From Octopus sinensis (taxonomy: Eukaryota): a stretch of 64,000 bases of DNA. Where the stretch lies: assembly GCF_006345805.1 (NCBI RefSeq), contig NC_043009.1, forward strand, positions 50,592,001 to 50,656,000, read 5' to 3'. The notes beneath the pieces are model-generated. The model saw nothing but the letters and a program-made list of their open reading frames with translations, had not been told where the DNA came from and ran no database searches. Position 1 is the stretch's first letter, and each line of letters starts with the position of its first letter. A program made the translations under genes and the position numbers. Below, piece by piece: positions 37,686 through 51,381 of the stretch.

Positions 37686-38593
37686 TTGAAATATTAAAAT
37701 GAGAAAAAAATCTCTTCCTGAACGGCTGATACTCATGGAGAAGTGATGGAAATGATTCCTGGAACTAAGGTCCTAAGGGCTGAAATAGTTATTAGATGCT
37801 ACAAGCCTCTCCCCAATCTTCTTGAACTCTTTCCTTGTGTACCCCACACCAACCATTTTCATCGGTAGGTAACAGGGAAAAGAAGGGTAGTGACAATAAT
37901 TCTGTGTATGTGCATGCCCAAATTACCTGTCTCTCATCCTCTAGTCATCCTCTGTGTATCTCACCTACCTGATCCTGCACTAAATAATTTACCTAGTCTT
38001 TTCTGTACAGCACAGTAACCTTTAGAATAATCTTGCCCTCCCACACTTTACCTGCAAACACTGACCTATAAATGTTTAAGTTGAACATTAACCACATCAA
38101 TTTGAGTGTGCATGAATTCCTCCTCCTCTGATTAACATATAATAGACACATGCACAAATAAAAGCGTTTACATCAATTTGTATAAATTTTTTTAACCTGT
38201 TGTTGTTTAACCCTCGGTTAACCTTCACTGAACATACTTATGATCAAAAGCACTCCAACAAGGAATATCCTGCCGTTTCATTATCCATTATATACGGTGA
38301 CCTTCACTTCTCAGTAGAACAAGACTTGGATGGAATAATTTGAGGAAGATTTAGTTGCTAATTGCATTAAGATATGTGACTATATAGAGACCTGGCTTTA
38401 GATTGCAGGTGTATGCAGAGATGCCTCCATCTCACTCTTTTTTTTTTATACACTTATTTTCTCTCTCTTCACGCACACTAACAGTTTCTTTTTACATTTC
38501 ACTTGTCTCATAAGAGAATTGATTTTTTTCTTGTCTTATTATTATTATGTTATTAATAATAATAAAAATAACAATAATAATAATAATGATAAA

Positions 38594-38651
<58 letters not shown>

Positions 38652-39200
38652 TTATTTTCTAACAACCAATGTTTGGTTGATGACCTACACAACACGCTAT
38701 AATGATATATAGTGAGAGGAAAAAAAGAGTGTTGAGAAAGTTTCAGATGGCAAAAAGCCAACAAGTAATCATTTTGCTTGTTTTTTTTTTTCTCCTCTTC
38801 ATCTTCGTATTCTTAAATTTTCCCTTAGAATTTATTAATTGATTATGCACCCTGCAATCATTCTCTTTCTTACCATGCAGTTTGTCCATTATCTCTTCTT
38901 TTGACAATTGTCCAAATTTGCAAAATTCATCCATTCAATAAAAACTATTTATCCAAGATAATCTAAACTATTTTTCCCTTTTCTTTTTTTTTTCCTATAT
39001 ATTTTCTTTTTCATTTTTGTTAAACTGTTATCTTTACTAGTTCTAAATTAGACTGACAAGTTTTATCACATTCTTAAATCTAAGATTCATAGCGCTTTTG
39101 ACCTTATGCAGCAAACAATTTACTCTATGTGGTTTTAATTTAAAGAAAATTAATAGCTCATAATATAATAAGCAAATCAATTTCATTATTAATGTTTGTA

Positions 39201-39248
<48 letters not shown>

Positions 39249-39781
39249 TACATTTTATTCTCTTTGTTTTGTTTAATTTACATATTTTTTGCGTTTTGTC
39301 TTAAGTGGTTTCATAATTTTTTTTTTATTGTGTATTAAGAAACTGTTTTGCATTCAAATTAACTATATAACATGGTTCATTAATTTTTCTTCTCTTATGA
39401 AAGACTGAAAATTAATTCAATCAGAGATCATTAGAGTACAATTATCTTTAGAAATAAAGCTCTAAATGAATTTTTTTCATACCAGACCATGACATTTATG
39501 ATTTAGCTTCCCTCCCTTGTCTGCTGAAGAAACAGTGTGTGTGTGGGGGGGGGGGGTCCGTGTGGTGTGTGTGTGTGTGTGTGTGTGTGGTGAATTAGCT
39601 ATGTTATTTGAATGATAAATATAGATAGAATGCCTTACAAAATTTGCTCAGGGTCTCTGTGCTCTGGGTTCAAATCCTGATGAGGTCAACTTCACCGTCC
39701 ACCCTTTTGGGATCAATAAATCAGTACCATTTCAGAATAGTGGATTATCAGGTTTGCTATAGCATTGACCTAAGATAACTT

Positions 39782-40005
39782 ACAGGATCTGTTTCAGCAA
39801 TTCACATTCTGAGTTGAAATCTCAAGCAGGGATTGAAACCCCACCACTGGACATACCATCATTCTCTACATGCTGGAAGAATCAAGATTCGACCATGACA
39901 CACTGTAGTACTGATTTCTCTCTGCAATTTGAGAGTAGTGATTGAACTTGTTACCCATTCTCCATAATAATGGAACTCACAAGTGAACAGTGCCAAGATT
40001 CAGAA
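39782..40005. mobile_element. 224-bp unclassified insertion flanked by a 14-bp direct repeat (TSD-like)
   Basis: ACCTAAGATAACTT at 39768-39781 and 40006-40019. Confidence 0.6.
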
Positions 40006-40265
40006 ACCTAAGATAACTTGCAGAATAGGTATGTACATATATGTAAGTATATATGCATCAAACTTTGACAATCAGGAAATATAGTCGGCCCCATCCACAT
40101 TTTTTTTCTTTGTCCATTTTCCTTCCTCATTGCTTTTTGTTAAAGAATATATGCTCGAAATGTCAAAAACTTTTCCAATTTTCCAGAGCATCAAACTAAT
40201 ACATGTTGTTTGTTGTTCCTTCACCTTTCTCTGGCTTGAGGGTTTTGTAACTTTGCAACATATAT

Positions 40266-40313
<48 letters not shown>

Positions 40314-40424
40314 TGCTCTCATTTCTCATTTTGTTCACGTTTTTTATATGTCCTGTACCCATATAAGCATGTGCATATACATATGTATATAGGTATGTAC
40401 GTAATATGTATGTATATATGCATA

Positions 40425-40579
40425 TCATCATCATCATCATCATCGTTTAACGTCCGCCTTCCATGCTAGCATGGGTTGGACGGTTCAACTGGGGTCTGGG
40501 AAGCCAGAAGGCTGCAACAGGCCTAGTCTGATCTGGCAGTGTTTCTACAGCTGGATGCCCTTCCTAATGCCAACCACTC
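40425..40579 (-). mobile_element. SINE family C 3' fragment
   Basis: Near-identical to 33492-33639. Confidence 0.85.
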
Positions 40580-40702
40580 ATATATTATTTATATATACAT
40601 CCACGGAAATACACGTACACAAATGAATACACCATAGAGTAGTGAGAATTTTTCACTCCCTACAATGCAACATCACTAGTGTTTTTTCTTCACTACAATC
40701 AA

Positions 40703-40921
40703 CATAGTACACTCTGTAAAGGTTTTGGAAATAGGAAAGCCATCTAGCTTAGAAAAGAAGCCAAAAACGAAATGTGTAACCTCTGAACAATTTAGGGAGG
40801 CAGTATATCCAAATAAGGTCTGACTTGGATGGTTACAACTCATGCTAGCATGGAGACACACAAGCATGGAAAGCAGACATAAAATAATGTTGACCATGAT
40901 GATGATGATGATGATGATGAT
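40703..40921 (+). mobile_element. SINE family C, degenerate
   Basis: CACTCTGTAAAGG..TTGG..ATAGGAAAGCCATCTAGC...CAACTCATGCTAGCATGG...(GAT)n. Confidence 0.65.
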
Positions 40922-41007
40922 TCATGCCTTTGCCTGATGTAAATAATCTATATTTTACTTTGTTCTTAGCATTTCCTTCTTTCTTTTCATCTATTCTCTG
41001 CCTTATT

Positions 41008-41044
41008 TTTCTTCTGAAGAGCTTAAGCTTGAAACATCAAAGAC
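41008..41044 (+). ncRNA. Minimal hammerhead-like motif, decayed
   Basis: TCTT-CTGAAGA-GCTTAAGCTT-GAAA-CATC-AAAGA; same repeat type as 31397-31432. Confidence 0.35.
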
Positions 41045-41787
41045 ATCTCTGTTACCGTTTCACAAGCACCAACTTAATATAACTTCTTCACTTCTTCCCT
41101 GTTTTTTTTCTTCTTTTTCTTTGTTATTAGTTTTGTACCTACATGTAAAAGTACCAGTTGTATCTGGTTCTATGTTTGTATTGTTCATATAAAATGCTTG
41201 TAATATAACCCACATTTTCTTGCCATTTTATGACAATTGGAGGATAATAACATTGCTGGCATCTGAGAATTTTATCATTGTTTTACATATTTTAATAAAG
41301 CAATTGTTTTCTTATCAACTGGAAGAGACAAACAGACAGATAGATGTACTCACATATATACAGATGACTAGGTGTACATATATACAGATGGACAGAGCAA
41401 CTAAATGAGAGTGTTACAGAGAATGCATTTTATAGTGTGAGCTTGAAGGGCAATGTATGTGAATAAGAAAGAGAGAGAATGACAGAGAAGGTGAGTGATG
41501 ATAAGTGTGATTGATGAAGTGCTTGAGTGACAAAATGCACATGTGACAAATCTCAGGAGTAAGAAATGAAAAGAAAGTAAGGGCAGAGACGACATAGTGT
41601 TGTGTGTTCTTATAAAATGCATAAATGTTCTGTAATCCAGCAGTTTTATTGCTGCCAAAGACACAATATAGGAATGAAAGAAGGAGTAAAGGAGCTGAAA
41701 AGTTCGCTTTTTATCATCACCTGAATTACAGGGGGGAAAAAGGGATAACATTTTTACCTTACAGATGACAGAGGAGAGAAAAAGGGA

Positions 41788-41819
<32 letters not shown>

Positions 41820-41845
41820 CATATATATACATATACATATTATAC

Positions 41846-41901
<56 letters not shown>

Positions 41902-41922
41902 AGAGAGAAAGAGATATACATA

Positions 41923-41959
<37 letters not shown>

Positions 41960-42649
41960 ATTGTAGAGTAAAAGAACTATCTAGATCAAATTTCATAGTT
42001 TTACTTGTCCTTGAAAATATGAGACATTTATGGATATCCAACTCCTCTCTTTTTCTTTTTCTCCTCCCCCTCTCACTTCAAAAGACTAATATGGTTCCTT
42101 TAAAGACAGAAATGAGACTTGATAAATATATTGTGGTGATAGTAGTGGTGGTGGTTGTTGTTATGAAGCTAGTAGAGGTTGTGTTGGAGTAGAATAAGGA
42201 AACTAAATGAATACAGGGCAAGATATTAATATCAGATGACAAAAGTATAGAAACAAAGAAATTAAAAATTAAAAACAAAAATTAACCTGGAGAAAGAAAG
42301 AGATGAAAAAGTAAATGGCAATAAAGGCAGTAACATAAGTTTAGGAGCATAAGGAGAAATATAAATGGTAATGTGTAGATGACCTAAAGTTAGTGATGAA
42401 TAAGGTGAAATATAAGGGTAATATATATATATATGGCTAAATGTAGTGTTGATAGATAAGGGGAATGGATGTAATTGGGGAGAGTTGTCATCAACGACAA
42501 GCAGGAATAGTGTGAGGAATAGAGAGATTAGTGGGATGAAGTGGAAGGAGAGAATGGAGAGTGAGATAAGAATGTGAGATTGGAGGAGAGGAATAGGTAC
42601 AAACACTTGAGAGGAGGAGTAGGGTTTCAAGAATTGGTGGTGGGGGTTC

Positions 42650-43110
42650 AGCTAGAGAGGCTGGAGGGGTGGAATAAAGTGGATAGGCTGGAGGGGAGGG
42701 GCATAATCGACAGGATGGTGGGGGAAGGGCAGAGTAGATAGAATGTCGAGGAAAGAGTAGGGTAGAGGGACTAGTAGCAGGAGCACTGTAAAAGGGTTCA
42801 GGGGGAATAGTGTAGAAAGACTTGTGGGAGGAGCAGAATAGAAACTGGTGGGAATGAGCTGGGTAGAGGAACGAGAGGGAGGGGCAGAGCAGTTAGTAAG
42901 ACTGCCAAGAGAAACAGGGTAGAAAGACTGGGGGTGGAGCAAAGTTGAAAGAACAGAGAGAAGTAAGGTTGGAAGATTGGAGTGGATGATTGAAAGACTG
43001 GGGGAAGTAGGGTAGAAAAACTGGTGGAATAAGTGGGGTGGAAAGACTAGGAGAGTAGTGTAGAGAGACAAGAGCAAAGAAATGACCGGTAAGAGGAACA
43101 GGAAAGATTG
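42650..43110 (+). repeat. G/A-rich degenerate tandem repeat
   Basis: Recurrent GGGTAGAAAGACTGG(G/T)GG-like words. Confidence 0.6.
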
Positions 43111-44611
43111 GAGTTACTAGTGAGGGTGTGTGAAAGTTTTAAAGGTGGGAAGAAAGAGAAGGAGGTAGAGGGATGTTAAACGAAGCTAGAGATGGTAGGA
43201 TAGAATTTTAGTATGCTTAATTATGAACATTATTTTCTAAATGTGTGTATGCATGCATGTGCATGTGCATGCATGTGTGAAAACATTCAACGAAAGTATA
43301 ATAAACTTTTCTAAAGCACCTCTTAGTCTGGAGGAGTAATTATTCAAGAAAACGTTTTAACAGAGAGGAAATATCAATGAGGAATTTTGCATTGGATGTA
43401 TTCTGCCTTTTTATCTTTCAAAACCAAAACAAAATCATTTTGGGAAATAAAAATGTATTACAATAGCAAATGTAGCAACTTCATTAAAACAAGTTTTCAT
43501 GATGGTTTGTAGACTAATTTCTTCCCTAATTAGTTTCTCTTTTAACAAGGAAGTGTAACAGAAAATAAACAGTGGATGTTAGAGAGAAAGATTACAAAAT
43601 TAAATTATCCAGATGAAAATTTCATGGGTTATGGGGTTTTACTTATCCTTATTCTATGGAATACTTTATATCATATGTGGCATAATGTTAGTGGGTACCA
43701 AGATACTTTCTCAATAAACAATATATGCAATCCTATTTTGAATTGCAGTTTAAGAAAAGGAAAGAAAAAGCACTTCTACATCTCTAATGCTCTTAGAGAA
43801 GTAGTTTGAACATCATCTAATCCCATTTTTGTCCTCCTGCTTAATAAATCTGAGGTGTCATATAGAGAACAATTGCATTAATGGTCTGAAATATTGATGT
43901 TTATGGCTTTCAGTCAAACATTCTAGCTTTCTACAACAATGCTGAATTATTTTTACTCTGATGTTAGTAGCTTCTGATAATCAGATTCAGTGTAAGATTG
44001 ACTTCCAGTGTCCCCTATAGTTTTATAATAAACTAGAAATAGGAAAATAAATGTATTTTAAGTCCTAAAGGAACCCTGAAAGTCAGTGTTTACCTTTGAT
44101 TTCCTAGCATGAAGTGAATAAAATATAGATTTGCCCCTTAGCCTCTGGATAAGGTATCAGTCTATAAAAGGTAACATTACCTGATTATACTGTACTTATT
44201 CTTGAATAAATATATCCAACACCACAAAAATAAAAAGGAAAATAATAAAAAAAAAACAACACTGAATTCGAATACATTTTCATCATCACTGTTTGGATTG
44301 GAGGATGAAAATAATTTCATAAATAGTGAATAAATATTTTACTTGACAAAAGAAAAGTGACTCTTCTTGTTACTGATTCCAACTTGTTGATCATTTTAAA
44401 AATATAAAATTTTGGTGTAGTTGAAGCTAGCTTAATATGTAAAATTATAAAAAACAAATTTTTAAAGAAAATAAAAAAGTGAAGTTCAACTACAGTTGTA
44501 ATTCAAATTTATTTATAAACTCGTTAATTCTATTCCAACTACATGATGGATATATAAAAAAAAGACTAAAAATAACATTTGGTTTTTGATAAAGTCACTG
44601 ACTACCATTAA

Positions 44612-44649
<38 letters not shown>

Positions 44650-45409
44650 ACATTTATATATTAATTTATTTTATTTATTTGTTTGAATTAACCATTATCA
44701 AAATGAAGCAAACATAAAAAAAATGAAAATGCCGTTAGGTATTTCCTCTATCAACAAGTCAAACCCATATAACAAACCTAACTTTAGAAAATATCACTAA
44801 TTAAACTAGAAAACATTTAATGAAGTCAGAGAGGAAAAAAAAAAGAAGAGAAGAAGAGCCAAACAAGAACAGTGGTTTGTGTGAGATGGAGGTAAGAGAA
44901 ATAAGGTTTAAAAACAAAATCACCTCAAATAACAAGTACCACAAATTATTCTAAAAGCAAGATGATGATGATGACAACAACAACCACAACAACAGCAACA
45001 GTAATAATAATAATGATAATAATAATAATTGTGGTACAAAGAGCTTATTAAATAAGTGAATAGATTTTGAGTGTAAATAAGTAAATAGCTTTTGAGTGAA
45101 ATTAGGACTCCATTTCAAAAATGTTATATACATGTATGTGATTATTGATGGTTATTATACATATATTAAGCTAAGTCTTTTGAACCAATGGGGGAAAAAA
45201 AAAAAAAAGAAAATTACAGAAAATGCCACTCCTTTCTAGCAGATTTTTATTTATAGGATGCTTGAAGCAAAAATATAAAATATAAAAAATAGTAAAGAGC
45301 AGGTTGGTGAGATGGTAAATCAAACATGTTTAGTGTATATCTGTAGCTTAGCATAAACACCACCATTACAAAAATGTTTTCAAAACCTACAAACATGACT
45401 GTATAAAAA

Positions 45410-45627
<218 letters not shown>

Positions 45628-46407
45628 TTTTTGATATCAGTCCAGAATGTGGTATGTGGAGATGATGAAGAGAATATACCAATGAAAACAAGAGTAAATA
45701 TAAAATTGAAGAAAGAAGAGAATGAGGATACTTGAAGTTGACCAAGTACAAATATTTCGTTATTTTATACTAAAATGAAAAGGAAAGAAAAAACCCCTTA
45801 TTTATTGAAAATATCAGAAATGAAGACGTAAACAATATGACAATGATTATGAGAGGAAATGATTCACGAGGATTTCGATATTTGGTCACTGATTGGTGAA
45901 ACAAAATGATACAGTAGTTTCTAACAAGCTAATATATTGAAGAATAAGAACCTTATGAAGGTAATAAGAAGTAAAATGTTACTGTGATGATGGTTGTCAT
46001 GGTGGTGGTGGTGGTGGTGGTGAGTGGAATCAGATATATTTGATTCAGACAAGGGTTTCAGAAAGACACTCTCTTGTCAAGAAAAGGGGAAATGAGTAAT
46101 GTAACCAAACTTGAAGAAACACCAGGATGCGTTCATGAAATATGTTGTTTAAACGAACATTTGGAGCATCCGGCACTAACCCTCTTGAACCTTGTGATCA
46201 AACAATGCCGTGTTGACTACGCTACAAACAAACAAGACATTATTGAAGAAAAAGGGACCAAACTGACAATATTATGAGTCACTGTACCAATTTCTATAGG
46301 GTCCAATGCTTTCGAGGGAACTAGGTATGGCAGAGATAGTGGCAACTAATTGAAAAAGCCTGTTTTGACAATGGTTGTTAGATGATGGATTTTGTGGCTG
46401 AATTGAG

Positions 46408-46492
<85 letters not shown>

Positions 46493-46626
46493 AAGAGAAG
46501 AAGTAGACAGACTGAAAGGAGTTGTTCATAAGTAGTTTGGTAAACCAATAGTTGCATTCAGTAAACTTAATTTCCCTTAAGCATCACTACTGGCAGATTT
46601 TAATGAAGCCAAGTAGCCTAGTAATT

Positions 46627-46705
<79 letters not shown>

Positions 46706-46730
46706 CATCTTATTTCTTTCCTTGTGTATG

Positions 46731-46768
<38 letters not shown>

Positions 46769-46886
46769 AGATATATACACAGACAACAGATACATAGATA
46801 GACAGATACGTAGATATGTATGTGCAGAGAGATGAAGTCAGACATAGCAGGAGAAAGAAAGAGGGAGAGAAAATATGAACAGATGA

Positions 46887-46981
<95 letters not shown>

Positions 46982-47059
46982 CGTGCGTGTTAGAAACAGT
47001 CAATGATTCATTTGCTACTCAGAGTTTCCTCATCATGTGCAGTCATTCAGGCAGCAAAG

Positions 47060-47125
<66 letters not shown>

Positions 47126-47360
47126 GATGAAATTTAGATAGGGAATAAGACATGAAAAGATAGAAAACCAGAGAATGAGAATTTGAAGAGAGAGAGAGAG
47201 GAGAGAAAGGACAGTAGAGGAAGAAGGAGAGGAGGAGGTGGGAAGAGAGAGAAACTTAAGGAGAGGGAATTGCTAACTGATGAGAAAAGTAGTGGGGGTT
47301 TTAAAGTTAGAAGAGAATAACGGAACCTTTCCATGTTTCATTACCACTTCCCTTCGTTTA

Positions 47361-47416
<56 letters not shown>

Positions 47417-47793
47417 TTTCCAGAACTACACAGACACGCATGTACAGACAACAACACATACACATACACACACACACACAAACTTCATTTCCTGAGTTGT
47501 TCATTAACAACAAAAGATTTGGTTCCATCCCACACTACCATTCACTTATTCAGCAAACAGCGCCCTAACACCACACCACTCCACACCACTCCACACTGCA
47601 CTCATATATATGCATACACTGTCCAGGCTTGCATTCTAGCTCACATCAGTTAGATCCCCCAGATCTTAGCAATTGCAAACATTTCCCTAGCAGTGAAGTG
47701 ATGGCTGTGGCGACTAGAAACCAAGTCTTCTGCTGGATCCTAATTACTAGAGAAATGCAAAATGTACAGCAAATCCAATCGTATTTGCCACTA

Positions 47794-47828
<35 letters not shown>

Positions 47829-47936
47829 TTATTATTATTATTATTCATCTCATTCTTGTAAGCATCCATTTATGCTAAAGCGGATTGTCATGTACTTACT
47901 TCTTCATAACCTTTCAATGAGAGACGCGTAGCAATT

Positions 47937-47977
<41 letters not shown>

Positions 47978-48541
47978 TATTATTATTATTTTATTTATTT
48001 GTCTTTTTTTAAATTTTTTTTTTTTTACATTAAATTAAGATTCTTGCTAAATCTCATGAGGTCACCGCCTCTCTCTTTTTTTCAGGTTGAAGGGAAGTGT
48101 TGATCAGGAGAAGTTAATTGTTTAGCTAGCAAACACGAGACAAGTTCTTGACTAACAAAGACTCGCACCAGCCAAAGCGCTAACTGCAAACCAATTTATT
48201 ATGATAATGAGGAGAATTTTTCCTGACACTGGTACATAAAAGAAAGAAAGAAAGAGAAAGAGAGAGAGAGATGGTCGCAGAGAGAAGCAAAGAAAGGTAG
48301 AGCAAGAGGGAAAAAAATGGGGCGGGAGGGAGGGGTGATAAATCGAAAAAAAAAACGGTTTCTTCTATTTGTTTGACAAATCTTGTTTAGCTCCTTCTGC
48401 TGACAGAATTACAATTTCTTTATATTCTGAAGAATACTTACAACATTGAAAAGTCCACATCACTAGAGAATGTATATATATATATATTTAAATATCAATG
48501 AAAAAGCGCGCGGGCACTTGCGTACGTATATTTGTTACATA

Positions 48542-48574
<33 letters not shown>

Positions 48575-49228
48575 AGAAAACCAATTTATTTTCAATGTTA
48601 TGAAAACAATAATATCAAAATTGTTTTCAAATTCTTGAATGAAATTCAAATTCCTAGAGCAGAAAATAAATTAGAAAATATTTAATCATTTTAACCCAAA
48701 ACTATTAACTACTGTTTAGTAGTTCAATTGATTCCAAAGATTTTTCCATTGCATACTATCAAATACAATTTAATCTATTCCCTTTTTTCGCTAACGAGGT
48801 TAATTATTTCATTGTTATCGCAGATTTCTTCAAAATTCAGGTAAATGACTCATCGTTGAAGTAATTTAATAAGATGCCAATGAAATAGTGTTAGAGAAAG
48901 AAAGAGAAATAGATAAATACAGAGAAAAATAAACAAAAACGTGAATTATATTAGGGAAAGATTTGTTAAAAAGGAAACACATTTGAAACCGATTTTCAAA
49001 AGAGATTTATTTGTCTGTCTGTTGCTTTGCTATAATACACACACACACACACGCATGTATGTGTTTGTGTGCGCGAGAGAGTGAGAGAAGGAGAGAGAAG
49101 AAGAAGAAGGAGAAGGAGAGAGAGAGAAAGAAGAAGAAGAAAAGAAAGAGAGAAAGAAGAATAAGAAGAGAGAGAGAGAGAAAGAAGAAGAAGAAGAAGA
49201 AGAAGAGAGAGAGAGGGAGAGAGAGAGA

Positions 49229-49279
<51 letters not shown>

Positions 49280-49408
49280 TGCGTGTATTACTTATTTTGC
49301 AGAGTCGAAGTTATGTCAATAATTGGTTTGTACAGGTATTCCATAGCGATGTCAGGATTACCAAGCTATCCGCCACAGCAAACGGTGAGCGAAAACCGAT
49401 TCGACATC

Positions 49409-49468
<60 letters not shown>

Positions 49469-49505
49469 GTGTCTCTCACACACCCTACACACATACAGTA
49501 AATAC

Positions 49506-49570
49506 ACTCACCTAAATATAGAATAAATAATGAAGATGCAGAGTAAAAAGAAAGTATGGTACATTAGAAA
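49506..49570 (-). other. AG|GTGAGT splice motif: first-exon donor or second recursive site
   Basis: Minus strand: CTAATGTACCATACTTTCTTTTTACTCTGCATCTTCATTATTTATTCTATATTTAG|GTGAGT. Confidence 0.35.
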
Positions 49571-50436
49571 TGGAAGCAATTACTTTGTCATACGTCGTCT
49601 GCACGATACAAAACTAACAAGAAAATAGAATCAAGGAATGCTAACTGAAAATATTAAAAGGAAAAATGGAAAACAACAAAAACAAAGAAAAAAAGAATGT
49701 CGACAAGAATTTTGATGTGTCCTTCCTTAGTCAGAGAAGTTGATGGACTCTAAGGCAAAGAAGGCAGTTTGAGGATTTTCATTTGTAGTTGAACGTTCTT
49801 TATTCTTTACTTATGTGTTTGTTTTGGATCTATAGAGACATGATGAAGTTATAATATCTGCGATGACTCATGACAGATTTCAACCCTAGGTCATAAGGAG
49901 CTAAATCACACAAAGATTACACGTACACACTTATAAACACACACAGCTGAATTAATTAAGAGTGTAAAGTGATATTTCCATTACCAACTGGACTGAGCCC
50001 AGTTTTTAGTGAGAACTTAGTCACGCGAATAATATATGATAAGAACCAAAAAAAAAAAAAAATAGTTCACCAAAAGTTTATGGTTAAGGATTCTCATCTG
50101 TCTTGCAGGCATCTTTGTGTTGTTAGGAAGTTCGCACGGCAACCCCTTGATTCTGGGTTCGAGCCTACTGCGTGGCATCATGGGCAAATGGCTTCTACTA
50201 CAGACTAAGTTTGGTTAATAATTTGAGAATGGAATGGAATATGCATGCGTATGTATGTAAGCAGACACGATTGTGATACACAAAGAGAAGAAAAACCCGA
50301 CAGCATGTGTATTTTTAATACCACCTTCTAGATCCAACGATCTAAATAAGAATATAATGTGACCATGCATAATTTTGGCATTTTTGACTGATGTCTTTCT
50401 ATTCAAGCACAAAGCCACAAAGGTATAGAAAAATAT

Positions 50437-50668
50437 AAGGCGGCGAGCGGGCAGAAACGTTAGCACGCTGGGCGAAATGCGTAGCCGTATTTCGTCTGCC
50501 GTTACGTTCTGAATTCAAATTCCGCCGAGGTCGACTTTGCCTTTCATCCTCTCGGGGTCGGTAAATAAAGTACCAGTTACGCACTGGGGTCAATGTAATC
50601 GACTTAATACCTATGTCTGTCCTTGTTTGTTCCCTCTATGTTTAGCCCCTCGTGGGCAATAAAGAAAT
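50437..50668 (+). mobile_element. SINE family B1, young, 16-bp TSD
   Basis: Full head GGCGGCGAGC.GGCAGAAACGTTAGCACG, core GCCTTTCATCCT.TCGGGGTCG.TAAAT.AAGTACCAG; TSD AGGTATAGAAAAATAT at 50421-50436 and 50669-50684. Confidence 0.93.
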
Positions 50669-51148
50669 AGGTATAGAAAAATATTGGCCACAATTGGATA
50701 TAGATGAAAACCGGGCGAGCGAAAAGCAAAGACAACGCAAGTCTGATTCGAATTTCGAACGCAAATGGATGAGACCAAATATTGTTACGAATTTATCTAG
50801 CAAGTCATAATTCCCTCTGTTATTAGAATAACCATTTCTTACATCAGCACAAGTCACAAATTCAGAGAAAAAGGAACTAGTATATCGAGAGTAACTTTTT
50901 TATTATATTTCAGCCAGGCCGCCAATGCTGTATTCTCCAACGGGTTTAAATGCAAGGGCAACAAACAATATTGGAGCTTCAATGCAACTTGTTCCTCTTT
51001 AGTCTCGCTTGACGATATCCTCATTAAAAGGCACCTTTTAATGCCTTTCCTCTGCTGGAGCGTAGCAAAAAAAGTTGGGCAACTAACACTGGAGTTGTTT
51101 CCCTTGTTTCCATGTCCTAGTCGGCGCAACATAGGTAACGTTATCAAG

Positions 51149-51381
51149 AAGGCGGCGAGCTGGCAGAAACGTTAGCACGCCGGGCGAAATGCTTTGCGGT
51201 ATTTCGTCCGCCACTTCGTTCTGAGTTCAAATTCCGCTGAGGTCGACTTTGCCTTTCATCCTTTCGGGGTCGATAAATTAAGTACCAGTTACGCACTGGG
51301 GTCGATGTAATCGACTTAATCAGTTTGTCTGTTCTTGTTTGTCCCCTCTGTGTTTAGCCCCTTGTGGGTAATAAAGAAATA
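51149..51381 (+). mobile_element. SINE family B1, young, 9-bp TSD
   Basis: TSD GTTATCAAG at 51140-51148 and 51382-51390. Confidence 0.93.
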
